The notes: generated from the sequence alone by a model not told the origin. Counted from the first letter of the stretch, positions 8,472-18,284 are shown. The stretch is DNA of 39,866 bases from Promethearchaeia archaeon (GCA_029856125.1 JAHQWJ010000051.1:1-39866), one strand, 5' to 3'. Made by a program: numbers and translations.

Positions 8472-10094
8472 TTAAGAGATTTTATTTATCAAACGATTTA
8501 TATCGGCTTTTTTAACTTTTTTGTAGAATAAATAAAATACTAAATATAAACTTGATGACCACATAATCCAAGAAATCGCTTGGTATATATCTATGTTTAA
8601 AAAATAGTTAATAAAATCTTCTAAAACATAGAATCCTAAATCTGTTAACTCTCCTGGAAAATCGACAATTTTAGGATAAAATTGAATAGCGATAGTTTCG
8701 TGTGTATTGTTTTTCAAGTTCTTAAAAATGTTATCTAAGGTTTTATTGCTTGAATCGTCGAGTTTTAGCTTGGTAAATGTGTTTAAATCTTCATTTGTAT
8801 GAATATCGGACCCGGCTATGCAAATTAAACTGTTATTTATGCAAAATTCACGAATTTCTATGTATTTATTATAGCTTCCCCCATTGATAATTTCAAAACC
8901 ATCAACACCCCAATCTCTCAATTGTTCAAGAGTATACGGGGTGCCAAATCCTCCTTCGGGATTAAGTTCATAATGATAATGGTTTACTGTTATAAAACCG
9001 CCATTAGCTTTTACATAACTGATTAACTCTGAAGCATTCATAACTTCTGGACCACCAGGGGTGTAAGATTCGGGAGGAACAATTTCTTCCTCTAATCCAA
9101 AATAATTCATATGAATCTCTGGGTCAGTTTCATGATTTGTCCATTCTTCTGCAATCCAAACTGTAAAATCCAGTCCATTTTTTTCAACAAATTCTCGAGC
9201 AACTAGAGCTCCTCTAATATTATCGTGATCGGAAAAAGCAGCTCCTGATATTCCATGTTCAATATACCACAAAACTCTCTCCTCAGGAGTAAGCCAACCA
9301 TCAGAAAAAGTCGTGTGAACGTGAAAATCAAATAAAAATTCATCGTCCTCTAAAGGTGTAGTGGGCACGATTCTGTGAGGAGGAAATTGTATTGACAATA
9401 AAATAACATTAGAACCAAGCAGTAAAAATAAAATCCCCGCAAAATACACCAACTCTTTTTTCAAATTATAGGTAATTCTTGTATTTTTTGATTTTGCCCG
9501 GCTATTATTCCTCTCAATTTTTCCAGAAAGGTTAAGTTTAAGCCTAGGATGGACTAGTTTTAATAAAGTGTATCCAACCTTGATCCCAAGCAAAATAAAA
9601 CACAGGTGTATTCCAACTTGAACAGGAACCATGAAATACCGACTGACAAAAAAAAACCCTTGAAATAAGTACCCTATTAAGACTATTAATAAGATTACTA
9701 CAAGCGTTATTGAAAAGATTTTAAATGCAAAATAAATGATGTCATTTAAGACATGCTTAAGTTGGTTGTATTTTTTTGATTGTAATTTACCCCTCTTTCT
9801 TGAGAACACGTATATAACTCGTAGAATTGGATAAATTATTAAAAATAGCAAGAGCCAAGTAAATTCATATTCTAAGATAAAGGCAATAATTGCAAAAGGT
9901 TCGATGATGTATCTAAGCCATGGTAAAACGCTAGAATATTCGACAGAAACATCAATTTGTCCAAGAGCATCGTAAAAAACTATCGTTCTCGTCCCTATTA
10001 CAGCTAAAACAAGCAAAATAACAATCCAAATAGAAAAGAGTAATGTTAGTAACGAAAATATTTTATTTTTTGATAAAAAAGACTTTAGACGCAT
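8472..10094 (-). CDS. multi-pass membrane protein with PHP-family metallo-phosphoesterase domain
   Basis: several N-terminal TM helices; DFHVHTTFSDG, SDHD, EEWT, NHY, EIING, GSDIH motifs; C-terminal TM helix. Confidence 0.85.
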   Translation of the reverse strand: MRLKSFLSKNKIFSLLTLLFSIWIVILLVLAVIGTRTIVFYDALGQIDVSVEYSSVLPWLRYIIEPFAIIAFILEYEFTWLLLFLIIYPILRVIYVFSRKRGKLQSKKYNQLKHVLNDIIYFAFKIFSITLVVILLIVLIGYLFQGFFFVSRYFMVPVQVGIHLCFILLGIKVGYTLLKLVHPRLKLNLSGKIERNNSRAKSKNTRITYNLKKELVYFAGILFLLLGSNVILLSIQFPPHRIVPTTPLEDDEFLFDFHVHTTFSDGWLTPEERVLWYIEHGISGAAFSDHDNIRGALVAREFVEKNGLDFTVWIAEEWTNHETDPEIHMNYFGLEEEIVPPESYTPGGPEVMNASELISYVKANGGFITVNHYHYELNPEGGFGTPYTLEQLRDWGVDGFEIINGGSYNKYIEIREFCINNSLICIAGSDIHTNEDLNTFTKLKLDDSSNKTLDNIFKNLKNNTHETIAIQFYPKIVDFPGELTDLGFYVLEDFINYFLNIDIYQAISWIMWSSSLYLVFYLFYKKVKKADINRLINKIS

Positions 10095-10152
10095 AAATAT
10101 TACTTTGTTCTTATCCTTTAAAATATAAACTATACCAAGTTCTTTTTAAAAT

Positions 10153-11337
10153 TTAAATAAAAGTATCTAGTGTTTTAAGAAAATCGGAAAACTTTTGATA
10201 TATTCTTACGTCCACCACGGGCAGGTTTTCACATATTATTTGAGTTAATTCTTTCTTATCTATTTTACATCTATAAAAAGGCTTTTTTCCTTTCAACACA
10301 AGAAAAAGTACAGGAGTTTGGATATTAGATGATTTTTTATTTAAATTTTTGTCTAAATCAAAAGACTTTTTTAACTTTTGAATAATGTATTCATACATTT
10401 TTTCTTTTTTTCTAAATTCTGTTTTGAAATAGATGTGTTCCCATCGGGAGGTTCTATTTGTTAATCGAATTTTGTTAACACATTTGGTATAGGAATCGTT
10501 TTTGGTTATTGTAACTAAAAACACTCCTCGTTTGAATGAAAAGTCCGAGGAACACGAAGCTTCAGAGGATCCCGGATTAAAAATCCAGTCGTCCAAGATA
10601 AATTGTAAGTGAAAATGACCGAGCGCTAAATAATTTACTCGGTTCTTTAGAATTTGGATTCTTCGGTAATTAACGCCCGGAACTTGTTCCATTTGGCCTT
10701 TAATCCCAAAATGCTGAAGAAGAATGTGAAAGAGATCGTCGTCTTTTTCGATTCCGTCTTTTAGTTTTAAGAGATATTCCACTGGATTTTGTCCTAAGTA
10801 TCTTGTACCATAAATAATTACATCTTTTATTCTGATCTTGCCGCCTTTCCTTGTTTTGAAGTCGTATTCTTTAAACATTTCATCGGGCGGTAATTCTACA
10901 TCCGCATCCAACAAAATGATTAATCCTAAACTCGCTAATAACTTTAACCAAGACTGACCCCGCTGTTTAAACCTTTGTCCTCTCGAAAATTTGCGAATAT
11001 CGTGGTTTCCTTCAATTGCTACAATTAAAATTCTATTCTCGGTCTCATTTTTAAAATTATTCAATAAATTAACTACTCTAGTTAACTTACCAGGTAGCAT
11101 TTCTAAAGAAGTAAAAACATCACCTCCTAACAAGATAAAATCTACTTGGTGGAGAACGGAAGTAGCCAGAATTTCTTCGAACGCACTTATAAAATCGTTC
11201 GCGCGATCTTCGTTTCGATATTGATGGCTACCTAAATGAATATCACTCGCATGTATAAATTTTGTTAAGCTTGTCCCTCCTTTTTGAACTTTTACTATGT
11301 TGTCCAACTGAATGTTAGTTCTATTAGCACTCGTCAT
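10153..11337 (-). CDS. Mre11/SbcD-like metallophosphoesterase (DNA repair nuclease)
   Basis: SDIHLG, GGDVF, IEGNHD, LQHFG, LALGHFH, NPGS motifs. Confidence 0.85.
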   Translation of the reverse strand: MTSANRTNIQLDNIVKVQKGGTSLTKFIHASDIHLGSHQYRNEDRANDFISAFEEILATSVLHQVDFILLGGDVFTSLEMLPGKLTRVVNLLNNFKNETENRILIVAIEGNHDIRKFSRGQRFKQRGQSWLKLLASLGLIILLDADVELPPDEMFKEYDFKTRKGGKIRIKDVIIYGTRYLGQNPVEYLLKLKDGIEKDDDLFHILLQHFGIKGQMEQVPGVNYRRIQILKNRVNYLALGHFHLQFILDDWIFNPGSSEASCSSDFSFKRGVFLVTITKNDSYTKCVNKIRLTNRTSRWEHIYFKTEFRKKEKMYEYIIQKLKKSFDLDKNLNKKSSNIQTPVLFLVLKGKKPFYRCKIDKKELTQIICENLPVVDVRIYQKFSDFLKTLDTFI

Positions 11338-11481
11338 AATTATCTATCTTTAGTTATCGTTTCGCAAAAGTAATAAATAAGATGTATTAACAATTTATAA
11401 ATTAAAAAAGTCTAAAGAAGTAGTGAAACTAGAGAAAAGACAAATTTATTAACTTTATACAATATATTCGAATAATCTTCT

Positions 11482-11536
11482 AATGAAAAATAATTATTTA
11501 TCAATCGAATCCGTAAAATCCATCTAAGAATTTTAA
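11482..11536 (+). repeat. dispersed intergenic element, copy 2
   Basis: AATGAA-N5-ATT-N11-GAATCCGTAAAATC-CATCTAAGAATTTTAA. Confidence 0.55.
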
Positions 11537-11541
11537 TAACT

Positions 11542-12123
11542 ATGACAAGCAACCAATTTAAATATGATTTGGGCACGATCCATGGAAGATTTCAAATTCT
11601 CCATAACGACCATATAAAATTTTTAATGGCTGGAAAAAAATTATGCAAACACTTAATAGTGGGAATTACTAACCCGGATCCATCTCTAACGAAAGATCAT
11701 GACTCAAATCCGCATCGCAGTACGCCTATTGCTAACCCCTTAACATATTATGAGCGATATGTAATGATCAAAGAAGCTTTGTTAGAAGAGGGGCTCAAGT
11801 TCTCACAATTCTCAATAGTACCATTTCCTATTAATGTTCCTGAGTTGCTAAAATATTATGTCCCCATGGATGCGGTGTTCTTCCTCTCGATTTACGATGG
11901 TTGGGGAAGACAAAAAAAAGAGTATTTAGAATCGTTAGGGTTGAAAGTTCACGTTCTATGGGAAGTACCGTTAGAAGAAAAGGGATTGAGTGGAAGCGAT
12001 ATTCGCAATTCAATGCTAAAAGGAGAACCTTGGGAACATTTCTTGCCCACCACTGTAGTCAAACTCGTAAAAAAATGGGACATCCTAACACGTATTAGTG
12101 AATTAAGTAAAAAAGAAATTTAA
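11542..12123 (+). CDS. HIGH-superfamily nucleotidyltransferase, NMN/NaMN adenylyltransferase-like
   Basis: GRFQILHNDH, LIVGITN, NPLTYYER, SGSDIR motifs. Confidence 0.85.
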   Translation: MTSNQFKYDLGTIHGRFQILHNDHIKFLMAGKKLCKHLIVGITNPDPSLTKDHDSNPHRSTPIANPLTYYERYVMIKEALLEEGLKFSQFSIVPFPINVPELLKYYVPMDAVFFLSIYDGWGRQKKEYLESLGLKVHVLWEVPLEEKGLSGSDIRNSMLKGEPWEHFLPTTVVKLVKKWDILTRISELSKKEI

Positions 12124-12204
12124 TCGATAGCAATTTCAGAATTTCTTTTTAAATTCTTCAAAAAAATAAATAGATAAATATTTAGTTTATTTCTCTATTA
12201 TCGA

Positions 12205-12669
12205 ATGAAATTAATACAAAAATTAATAAAAAAGAAGGAATCTATCAAGGAAAGTTTCTTTAAAAGCGTGATATATAGGATAATAACAATCTTTCTTGGA
12301 ATGCTCGTTATATTAGCAGTTACAGGGGATGCGCTTGCTGCTTTTTCTATTGGATTTGCCACAGAAACAGTTCAATTTATTTATTATTTTTTCTACGAAG
12401 CAATATGGACTCATTATCACGACAAACGATTAAGAATCAAAATTGAAAGGACAAGGAAAGTTGATATTAAATTAGATTTTGATCTACTTAAAGAAATTTC
12501 TTTTGAATTCTCTCAAACAGATACTTATATCAAAGAACCCTATGAGTCTATAATATCTTTCTTTGAGAATTTATTACAAAACGAGAATTTAGCAGAAATA
12601 CAAGAAGAAATTCAAAGAGACAAGAAATATTTTGAATTAAAACATAAAGATAGGCGTTTTATGCAATAA
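12205..12669 (+). CDS. DUF2061-domain membrane protein with soluble C-terminal extension
   Basis: ES..KSVIYRI...TG...A..IG......YYFFYEAIW pattern. Confidence 0.75.
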   Translation: MKLIQKLIKKKESIKESFFKSVIYRIITIFLGMLVILAVTGDALAAFSIGFATETVQFIYYFFYEAIWTHYHDKRLRIKIERTRKVDIKLDFDLLKEISFEFSQTDTYIKEPYESIISFFENLLQNENLAEIQEEIQRDKKYFELKHKDRRFMQ

Positions 12670-12735
12670 TTACCTAATTTAAGCTTAAAAAGCAAAATTT
12701 TCAAAAAATAGAAAAATAAAATAATAAAAGATTAG

Positions 12736-14172
12736 TTATTTCTTTCGTTTGGCTCTAGGATCAATCTTCTTGATTATGATTGATTCTGCGTGAATCTTAC
12801 AATTCTTTAAAATGATTTTGAATCCACCCGCGCCACCTACTCCGGGAATAGTAAATGCTTGTGTTCCCATTGGAACCATTGCTCCTTCAGCTTCCCATTC
12901 ACCTTCATCTTCGTCCTCTTCTTCACCCAAGGCTTCTGCCCATGTCTTCACTATTGGATGATCCACTTCCTCTAACCACTTCTTTAAGTTGTTAATGTCG
13001 GGAACATCTTCTTCAGTCGCGATTTTTGATAAAAGGTCTTTTGGAAGGAATTCTGAGATTCTATCCTTTACTCCCTTGTTCATCCACACGACGGTTTCAA
13101 TTCCCTTATCTAATCCTTGTGTTATACCGTCGTACTGTTGATATTTAGGGGATACGATATATTGTATGCTAATACCATTAAATCCAGGCATCTGTTTACC
13201 GCCTCCGGTCTGATTGGCCATTGCACTGAACGGAAGCCCGTTAATTGCTACATCGTTATAGTTTCGATCAACAATTCCGTGTCCATTTACTTCAGGAATA
13301 TAGAAGTCAATAGCTTCGAAACAACCGCAGGATGTGTGAGGGAATTCCATTCCTGAAAATAGAAAAATTCTCTCAATTTCACCTAACGAGCGCTTTTTTA
13401 TCATTTCGTTTACTCCAGCATATTCTCCAGCTTCTAGGTTTAAGCATTCACCAGGGGGGATTTCGAATAAAGGTCCTTTTGGATCGACCTTCGCAGCAGC
13501 TCTGGCATCAAACCAATTAATTGAACCACATAGACTTGTCCGGTCAGGAGTGATACAACACGCGTGAGTAGGAGCGAAGGATTGGCACAAAACACATCCA
13601 TAGAACATATCTACATCTTCGTCGTGAATCGTTCGAGCTCTTTCGTCTCTTTTGTCGTAAACGCCCAACGCAAATTCGTATGGTTTCTCAATTTCTTTCG
13701 TTTCAGTATAAAAAGTTATTTGTGCCTTCTTGATTATAGGAAGTTCTGCTTTGTAAAGTCTAATCATAATCGTACCTAACATTTGGAAAGAATTTAAACC
13801 TTTTTCGAAAGCAGCAGTAGAAATGCGCATCCAATTTGTATATCTTTGATTTAAATGCATGATCCCATTAACAAAATTGCAGAATTCGTGGACCCGTCGT
13901 TCAAAGACTGCTTCTAAATCTTCTTCAAGTTCTGGTCCAGAAACTTCAACTAAAATTCCAATTGGATGAGTTGAACCCTTTTCCATGTCTTTGAGATCAA
14001 TTCCATGTATTGTTACCTCTCCATCCTTGATTTCTTTAGCAGGTTTTACTCGAACAAGCTCGAAGTGCTTTTCCATTTTGGGCCCGCCTAATTCTACATA
14101 CATTTGCTTAGCCCTGATGCGTTCCCCTTCGTAAACGGGACCAACATCTACAGGCATGTCTGAAAAACTCAT
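12736..14172 (-). CDS. cdhC: acetyl-CoA decarbonylase/synthase (CODH/ACS) beta subunit
   Basis: PVDVGPVYEGERIR, FYGCVLCQSFAPTH, SLCG, PHTSCGCFE A-cluster ligands; acidic linker; GGAG RBS upstream. Confidence 0.97.
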   Translation of the reverse strand: MSFSDMPVDVGPVYEGERIRAKQMYVELGGPKMEKHFELVRVKPAKEIKDGEVTIHGIDLKDMEKGSTHPIGILVEVSGPELEEDLEAVFERRVHEFCNFVNGIMHLNQRYTNWMRISTAAFEKGLNSFQMLGTIMIRLYKAELPIIKKAQITFYTETKEIEKPYEFALGVYDKRDERARTIHDEDVDMFYGCVLCQSFAPTHACCITPDRTSLCGSINWFDARAAAKVDPKGPLFEIPPGECLNLEAGEYAGVNEMIKKRSLGEIERIFLFSGMEFPHTSCGCFEAIDFYIPEVNGHGIVDRNYNDVAINGLPFSAMANQTGGGKQMPGFNGISIQYIVSPKYQQYDGITQGLDKGIETVVWMNKGVKDRISEFLPKDLLSKIATEEDVPDINNLKKWLEEVDHPIVKTWAEALGEEEDEDEGEWEAEGAMVPMGTQAFTIPGVGGAGGFKIILKNCKIHAESIIIKKIDPRAKRKK

Positions 14173-14211
14173 TTATTTATTCTCCTCTTAGTTCTTATTT
14201 ATAATTTTATT

Positions 14212-14742
14212 TTATAAATTTTCAATTAACTTTTCTAAAAAATCTTTCCAATCGTCGTCACTCAAATTTGGAAGGCTAAATCTGGCATTTGGATGTGAAA
14301 ATTTATCCAGCTCAACGAGCCGTAAGTGATTTTGAAAGTTCTTTAATCGACTTAAGGTTTGACTTACATAATATACGAGATGTCCACCAAAAATAGCCAT
14401 ACGATATTGTCCTTCGCCATCAAAACCTTTCCAATCTTTATCAACTAATCTACCGGTTATATTTATAAGCGACATATCCCATAATTTATCGTTAGGGATT
14501 TTATCCTTAAGATACTTGTAAGTATGACCTGTAGATACGATGTGACAATCTAATTTCTTAGCAACTTCGATGAAATAGTCAACTACTTTTTTTCCACTAA
14601 GCTCCCAAGTTAAAGACTCAGAACCTATGACAAAAACCTTCTTTTTATCATCCTTTAAGAGGTTTGCCATTATTTTAGGATCGTAAACGCTGGTTCCTTG
14701 TTCAGGTCCTGGGATATTTGCTTTTTGATACGGTCTTGCCAT
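14212..14742 (-). CDS. cdhB: CODH/ACS epsilon subunit
   Basis: PYQKANIPGP, WKGFDGEGQY, YYVSQTLSRLKNF, DKFSHPNARFSLPNL; directly upstream of cdhC. Confidence 0.9.
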   Translation of the reverse strand: MARPYQKANIPGPEQGTSVYDPKIMANLLKDDKKKVFVIGSESLTWELSGKKVVDYFIEVAKKLDCHIVSTGHTYKYLKDKIPNDKLWDMSLINITGRLVDKDWKGFDGEGQYRMAIFGGHLVYYVSQTLSRLKNFQNHLRLVELDKFSHPNARFSLPNLSDDDWKDFLEKLIENL

Positions 14743-14896
14743 ATTTTCATCAATTTCCTCTGTTAAAGATTTTACATGTAAGTTTTTAAATAATTGCGTT
14801 ATTTTATTTTATTAACCGTATTTTAAAAAATTTGGTTTTATTTGATTTAACCAATTTAAATGGTGCTAATTATAAATTTAAGGTGAAATTTCTTAC

Positions 14897-15199
14897 ATGT
14901 GTGAATTTAAGGTAATCAAGAAAAACGACGGCTCGCAGATATTAGAGGATATTGTAATTTTATCGTATACTGAAGATAATGAATTATTATTCAAAGATAT
15001 TATTGGTATGGGTGAGATTTTAAAGTCTGCTCTTATAGTTGATGTTAATACTTTAAATCAAACTTGCGTTGTTTTGGAGCATCCCCTTATACAAGATTTC
15101 GTTGGGATGATAGAAAAAATTAATTCCAAAACCATTTTAAAAGCCGACATTGAAAATTTCGAGAAGCAGCTTATTAGTCTCAAAGAAAATATTATTTAA
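14897..15199 (+). CDS. cooT: CooT-family nickel-binding CODH maturation protein with C-terminal extension
   Basis: N-terminal MC motif, ILEDIV...LFKDIIG...IVDVN pattern; divergent from cdhB; GGTGA RBS. Confidence 0.75.
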   Translation: MCEFKVIKKNDGSQILEDIVILSYTEDNELLFKDIIGMGEILKSALIVDVNTLNQTCVVLEHPLIQDFVGMIEKINSKTILKADIENFEKQLISLKENII

Positions 15200-15417
15200 G
15201 TATTGAAGAGACATTTGATTGAGTGCCATCAGTATTGTTAAATGTTTCCGTGCTAATAAAAATCTCTCCATATTCACTTCCTAAGAAAAATCTGTTTCTA
15301 AGAATTTCCGCGACAAGGCTTGTTTGAGGAATACGATGTGATTCGGTAGAAGCATTAAATCTTATATCTCCTTTTAATAAAAAATTATAATAATCCAAAA
15401 ATTCATAGAAAATTATA

Positions 15418-17466
15418 GTGAATTCGTTGAAAAAGAAGGACTTAAAGAAGTCACCGAATCTTAAGAAAACTTTTGTTGCAATTAACCAGCATCTATATGG
15501 AAAATTAAAATATGCTGATACTGACACTCGAGCACGCTCAAAAGAAATAATCAATCTTTTATTGTGTAAATTAGTTGATGAAATAAATAAGTCTCCAGAA
15601 GATGAAATGGACATCTATATAAGAGAAGAAGAGACAGAAAAAGAGCTACTTGAGCGGATTCAAACCTTTTTTCAACTGAATGTTAAAAAGAAATATCCTG
15701 ATTTAATGGAAGAAAACGAGCAAATAACTTTAAATAAGGATTTATTATTCATAATCATTAAAGAATTGGAGCACATTTCACTTCTTGAATCGTCTAAAGA
15801 TATTTTAAGCGATGCATTTGAAATATTTGTAAGTAAAATGTTAAAAGATGAAGGTGGACAATTCTTTACTCCCCCAAATATCGCAAAATTTATGGTAAAT
15901 TATTTAGATCCAGAAGAAGATTCAAAAATATTAGATCCCGCGTGTGGACATGGTGGATTTCTTCTTGAAGCAAAGGATTTGCTATGGTCCAAGATAGATA
16001 ATGAGCAGAAAAAAGTAGAAATAATTTCTAACTTACATGGCATAGATAAAGACTTGTTCTTAGCAAGGATTTGTAAATTATATTTAGAAATCTTAAGTAG
16101 TGGCAAATCTAATGTATTCTGTGAGGATTCGCTAGATCCCATTAGTTATCGGGATCAAGCAAAAAAAATAATAAAAAACAATAATTTTGATTTTATACTT
16201 ACCAATCCTCCATTTGGGGCAAAAATTCCAATAAATAATAAACAACTGCTAAATGAATACGAGTTCGGGCATGTTTGGAAGAATATTGATGGAAATTGGT
16301 GGAAACAAAAGAAAATAGTAAAACAACAACCCCCTCAGATATTATTTATTGAAAGATGTGTTCAGCTCCTTAAGGATGGTGGAAAATTAGGAATTGTTTT
16401 GCCTGAAGGTATTTTTGGAAACCCCTCAGATAGATATATCTGGGATTTTCTCAAATCAAATGGTAAAATTTTAGGAATAATATCATTAGATCAAAATACT
16501 TTTCAACCCTATACTTGTAATAAAACTTCAATCTTATTCTTTCAAAAGTTAAAGGATATTCCAGATGATTACAAGATTGACTTTGCTATAATCAATAATG
16601 TGGGGCACGATAAGGACGGGAAAACTAAATATATTTTGAATAAAGATGGAACTAAGAAATTAGATAAGGAAAAAAATCCTATTATAAATGATGATTTAAT
16701 CGAACTCCGCATGAAATTAAGGAATACAGACGATTTTAACTACCAAAAGGAGCAAAAACTCTTTAAAATTAATTTTAGTAAGATTAAAAATAGTATTTTT
16801 ATCCCTTCTTATTATATTGGTGTAGAAAAACCTCTAAAGGTTCTCGAAAATAGTGTTGATTTTCAATTAATTTCTATCGGCGATCTAATTAATAGGAAAA
16901 TAATATACACAAAAAATAGAGATTTTATTCCAAGAGGTGTCGAAATTGGTTCTAGTGTTTATGGTTTAGGTTCTATTCCTTTCATACGAACCAGTGATAT
17001 AAACAATTGGGAAATTAACTTAGATTCTCATAAGAAAACCTCTGAAGAAGTTTATAACCAGTTTAAAGTCAAGCAGAATATTGAAGTTGGGGACATCCTC
17101 TTAGTTAAAGATGGTGGACCAAATCTTATTGGGAGAACTGCGTATATTACCGAATTAGACACAAGAATCATTATTCAGAGTCACATTTTCCAAATTAAAA
17201 TCCTTGAAAACAGGGAAAACATCGATTCATATCTTATTTTGCATCTTTTAAACCTAGATATTGTTCAAAAACAGATTAGAGCAATAACATTTGTGCAAGG
17301 AACAATTTCTACCATCGGTAACAGAATTTTGGATGTTAAATTGCCATTACCAACTGATCTAAGCAAAAGAATAATCATTTCAAATTACATTAATGAAATT
17401 ATAAAAAATAAAACTGAGACAAGAAAAAAAATACATAATCTTTCTTTAAATTCTTTCGATGATTAA
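15418..17466 (+). CDS. N6-adenine DNA methyltransferase (HsdM-like) fused to a single HsdS-type target recognition domain
   Basis: GQFFTP, ILDPACGHGGFL (motif I), TNPPFG (motif IV), LFIERC...LGIVLPEG; C-terminal IPFIRTSDI...GDILLVKDG...IGRTA...LPLP TRD pattern. Confidence 0.9.
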   Translation: MNSLKKKDLKKSPNLKKTFVAINQHLYGKLKYADTDTRARSKEIINLLLCKLVDEINKSPEDEMDIYIREEETEKELLERIQTFFQLNVKKKYPDLMEENEQITLNKDLLFIIIKELEHISLLESSKDILSDAFEIFVSKMLKDEGGQFFTPPNIAKFMVNYLDPEEDSKILDPACGHGGFLLEAKDLLWSKIDNEQKKVEIISNLHGIDKDLFLARICKLYLEILSSGKSNVFCEDSLDPISYRDQAKKIIKNNNFDFILTNPPFGAKIPINNKQLLNEYEFGHVWKNIDGNWWKQKKIVKQQPPQILFIERCVQLLKDGGKLGIVLPEGIFGNPSDRYIWDFLKSNGKILGIISLDQNTFQPYTCNKTSILFFQKLKDIPDDYKIDFAIINNVGHDKDGKTKYILNKDGTKKLDKEKNPIINDDLIELRMKLRNTDDFNYQKEQKLFKINFSKIKNSIFIPSYYIGVEKPLKVLENSVDFQLISIGDLINRKIIYTKNRDFIPRGVEIGSSVYGLGSIPFIRTSDINNWEINLDSHKKTSEEVYNQFKVKQNIEVGDILLVKDGGPNLIGRTAYITELDTRIIIQSHIFQIKILENRENIDSYLILHLLNLDIVQKQIRAITFVQGTISTIGNRILDVKLPLPTDLSKRIIISNYINEIIKNKTETRKKIHNLSLNSFDD

Positions 17467-17905
17467 AATGAAGATAGAAAAGTTTAAAATTGAATCTTAC
17501 GACGAGGTTGTGGGACTCTGGAGAAAAGCAGGAATTGAAATTGTATCCTCAGACACGATTGATGAAGTAACAAGAGTTCTTAATAGGAATCCCGATCTTT
17601 TTTTGATAGGGAGGGTACAAGAAAAAATAATTGCTGTTGTGATGGGTACGTTTGATGGAAGGAGGGGGTATGTTCATCACCTTGCAGTAGATCCAGACTA
17701 CCAGAAGATGGGTTTTGGAAAATCTATTATGGAAGCGTTAATCGAGCAATTTCGAACAAAGAATATCCAGAAGGTTCATTTGTTCATCGAAAAAACTAAT
17801 AAAACTGTTGTAGAATTCTATAACAATTTAGGTTGGGATGTGAGGGAAGAACTTATCATGATGAGCTTTGTGCCGGATGAAAAGTTATATAAAAGGCACA
17901 TGTAA
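17459..17905 (+). CDS. GNAT acetyltransferase (YpeA-like)
   Basis: DGRRGYVHHLAVDPDYQKMGFG, N..VVEFYNNLGW; overlaps the MTase stop. Confidence 0.92.
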   Translation: MIKMKIEKFKIESYDEVVGLWRKAGIEIVSSDTIDEVTRVLNRNPDLFLIGRVQEKIIAVVMGTFDGRRGYVHHLAVDPDYQKMGFGKSIMEALIEQFRTKNIQKVHLFIEKTNKTVVEFYNNLGWDVREELIMMSFVPDEKLYKRHM

Positions 17906-17964
17906 TATATTTAAGATGGAAGAAAAGCGTAATAAATAGGTATCAAAGTATAAGTAATAAGAAA

Positions 17965-18216
17965 TTATTTTTTAAGACTGATTAGTTTTATAGCGTTATT
18001 TGGACACCTATGATAACACACAGAACAACCCCCACAAATATAATCAGAAGTAATTGTGATGGCTTTTCCTTGATCGTTTAATTTCCTAATATTTAATGGA
18101 CAAAATCTTATACAAGTACCACACGATTTACAATTTGGTAATATAGTTATGGCTTTGTAAGTTACTTTAGATAACTCCTTGATTTTTTTTTGTAATTTAG
18201 GCGAGGTCGATTTCAT
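17965..18216 (-). CDS. 2x[4Fe-4S] ferredoxin-like protein
   Basis: CKSCGTCIRFCP and CGGCSVCYHRCP; start ATG 18216 or 18243. Confidence 0.88.
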   Translation of the reverse strand: MKSTSPKLQKKIKELSKVTYKAITILPNCKSCGTCIRFCPLNIRKLNDQGKAITITSDYICGGCSVCYHRCPNNAIKLISLKK

Positions 18217-18284
18217 TAACAAAAAAAAGGAATTATTGTTCATAAAAAGTTTGAAAAAAAAAAATTAAGTTGTTGCCTAATCTT

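Noticed and set aside
14832-14854. TTGGTT-N11-AACCAA between cdhB and cooT as an operator
   Set aside because: Only 6-bp arms and a single occurrence.
15411-15614. 5' part of the 140-aa minus-strand ORF 15192-15614 as a full gene
   Set aside because: It overlaps the conserved-looking N-terminus of the methyltransferase on the opposite strand; only the non-overlapping part is kept as a possible remnant.
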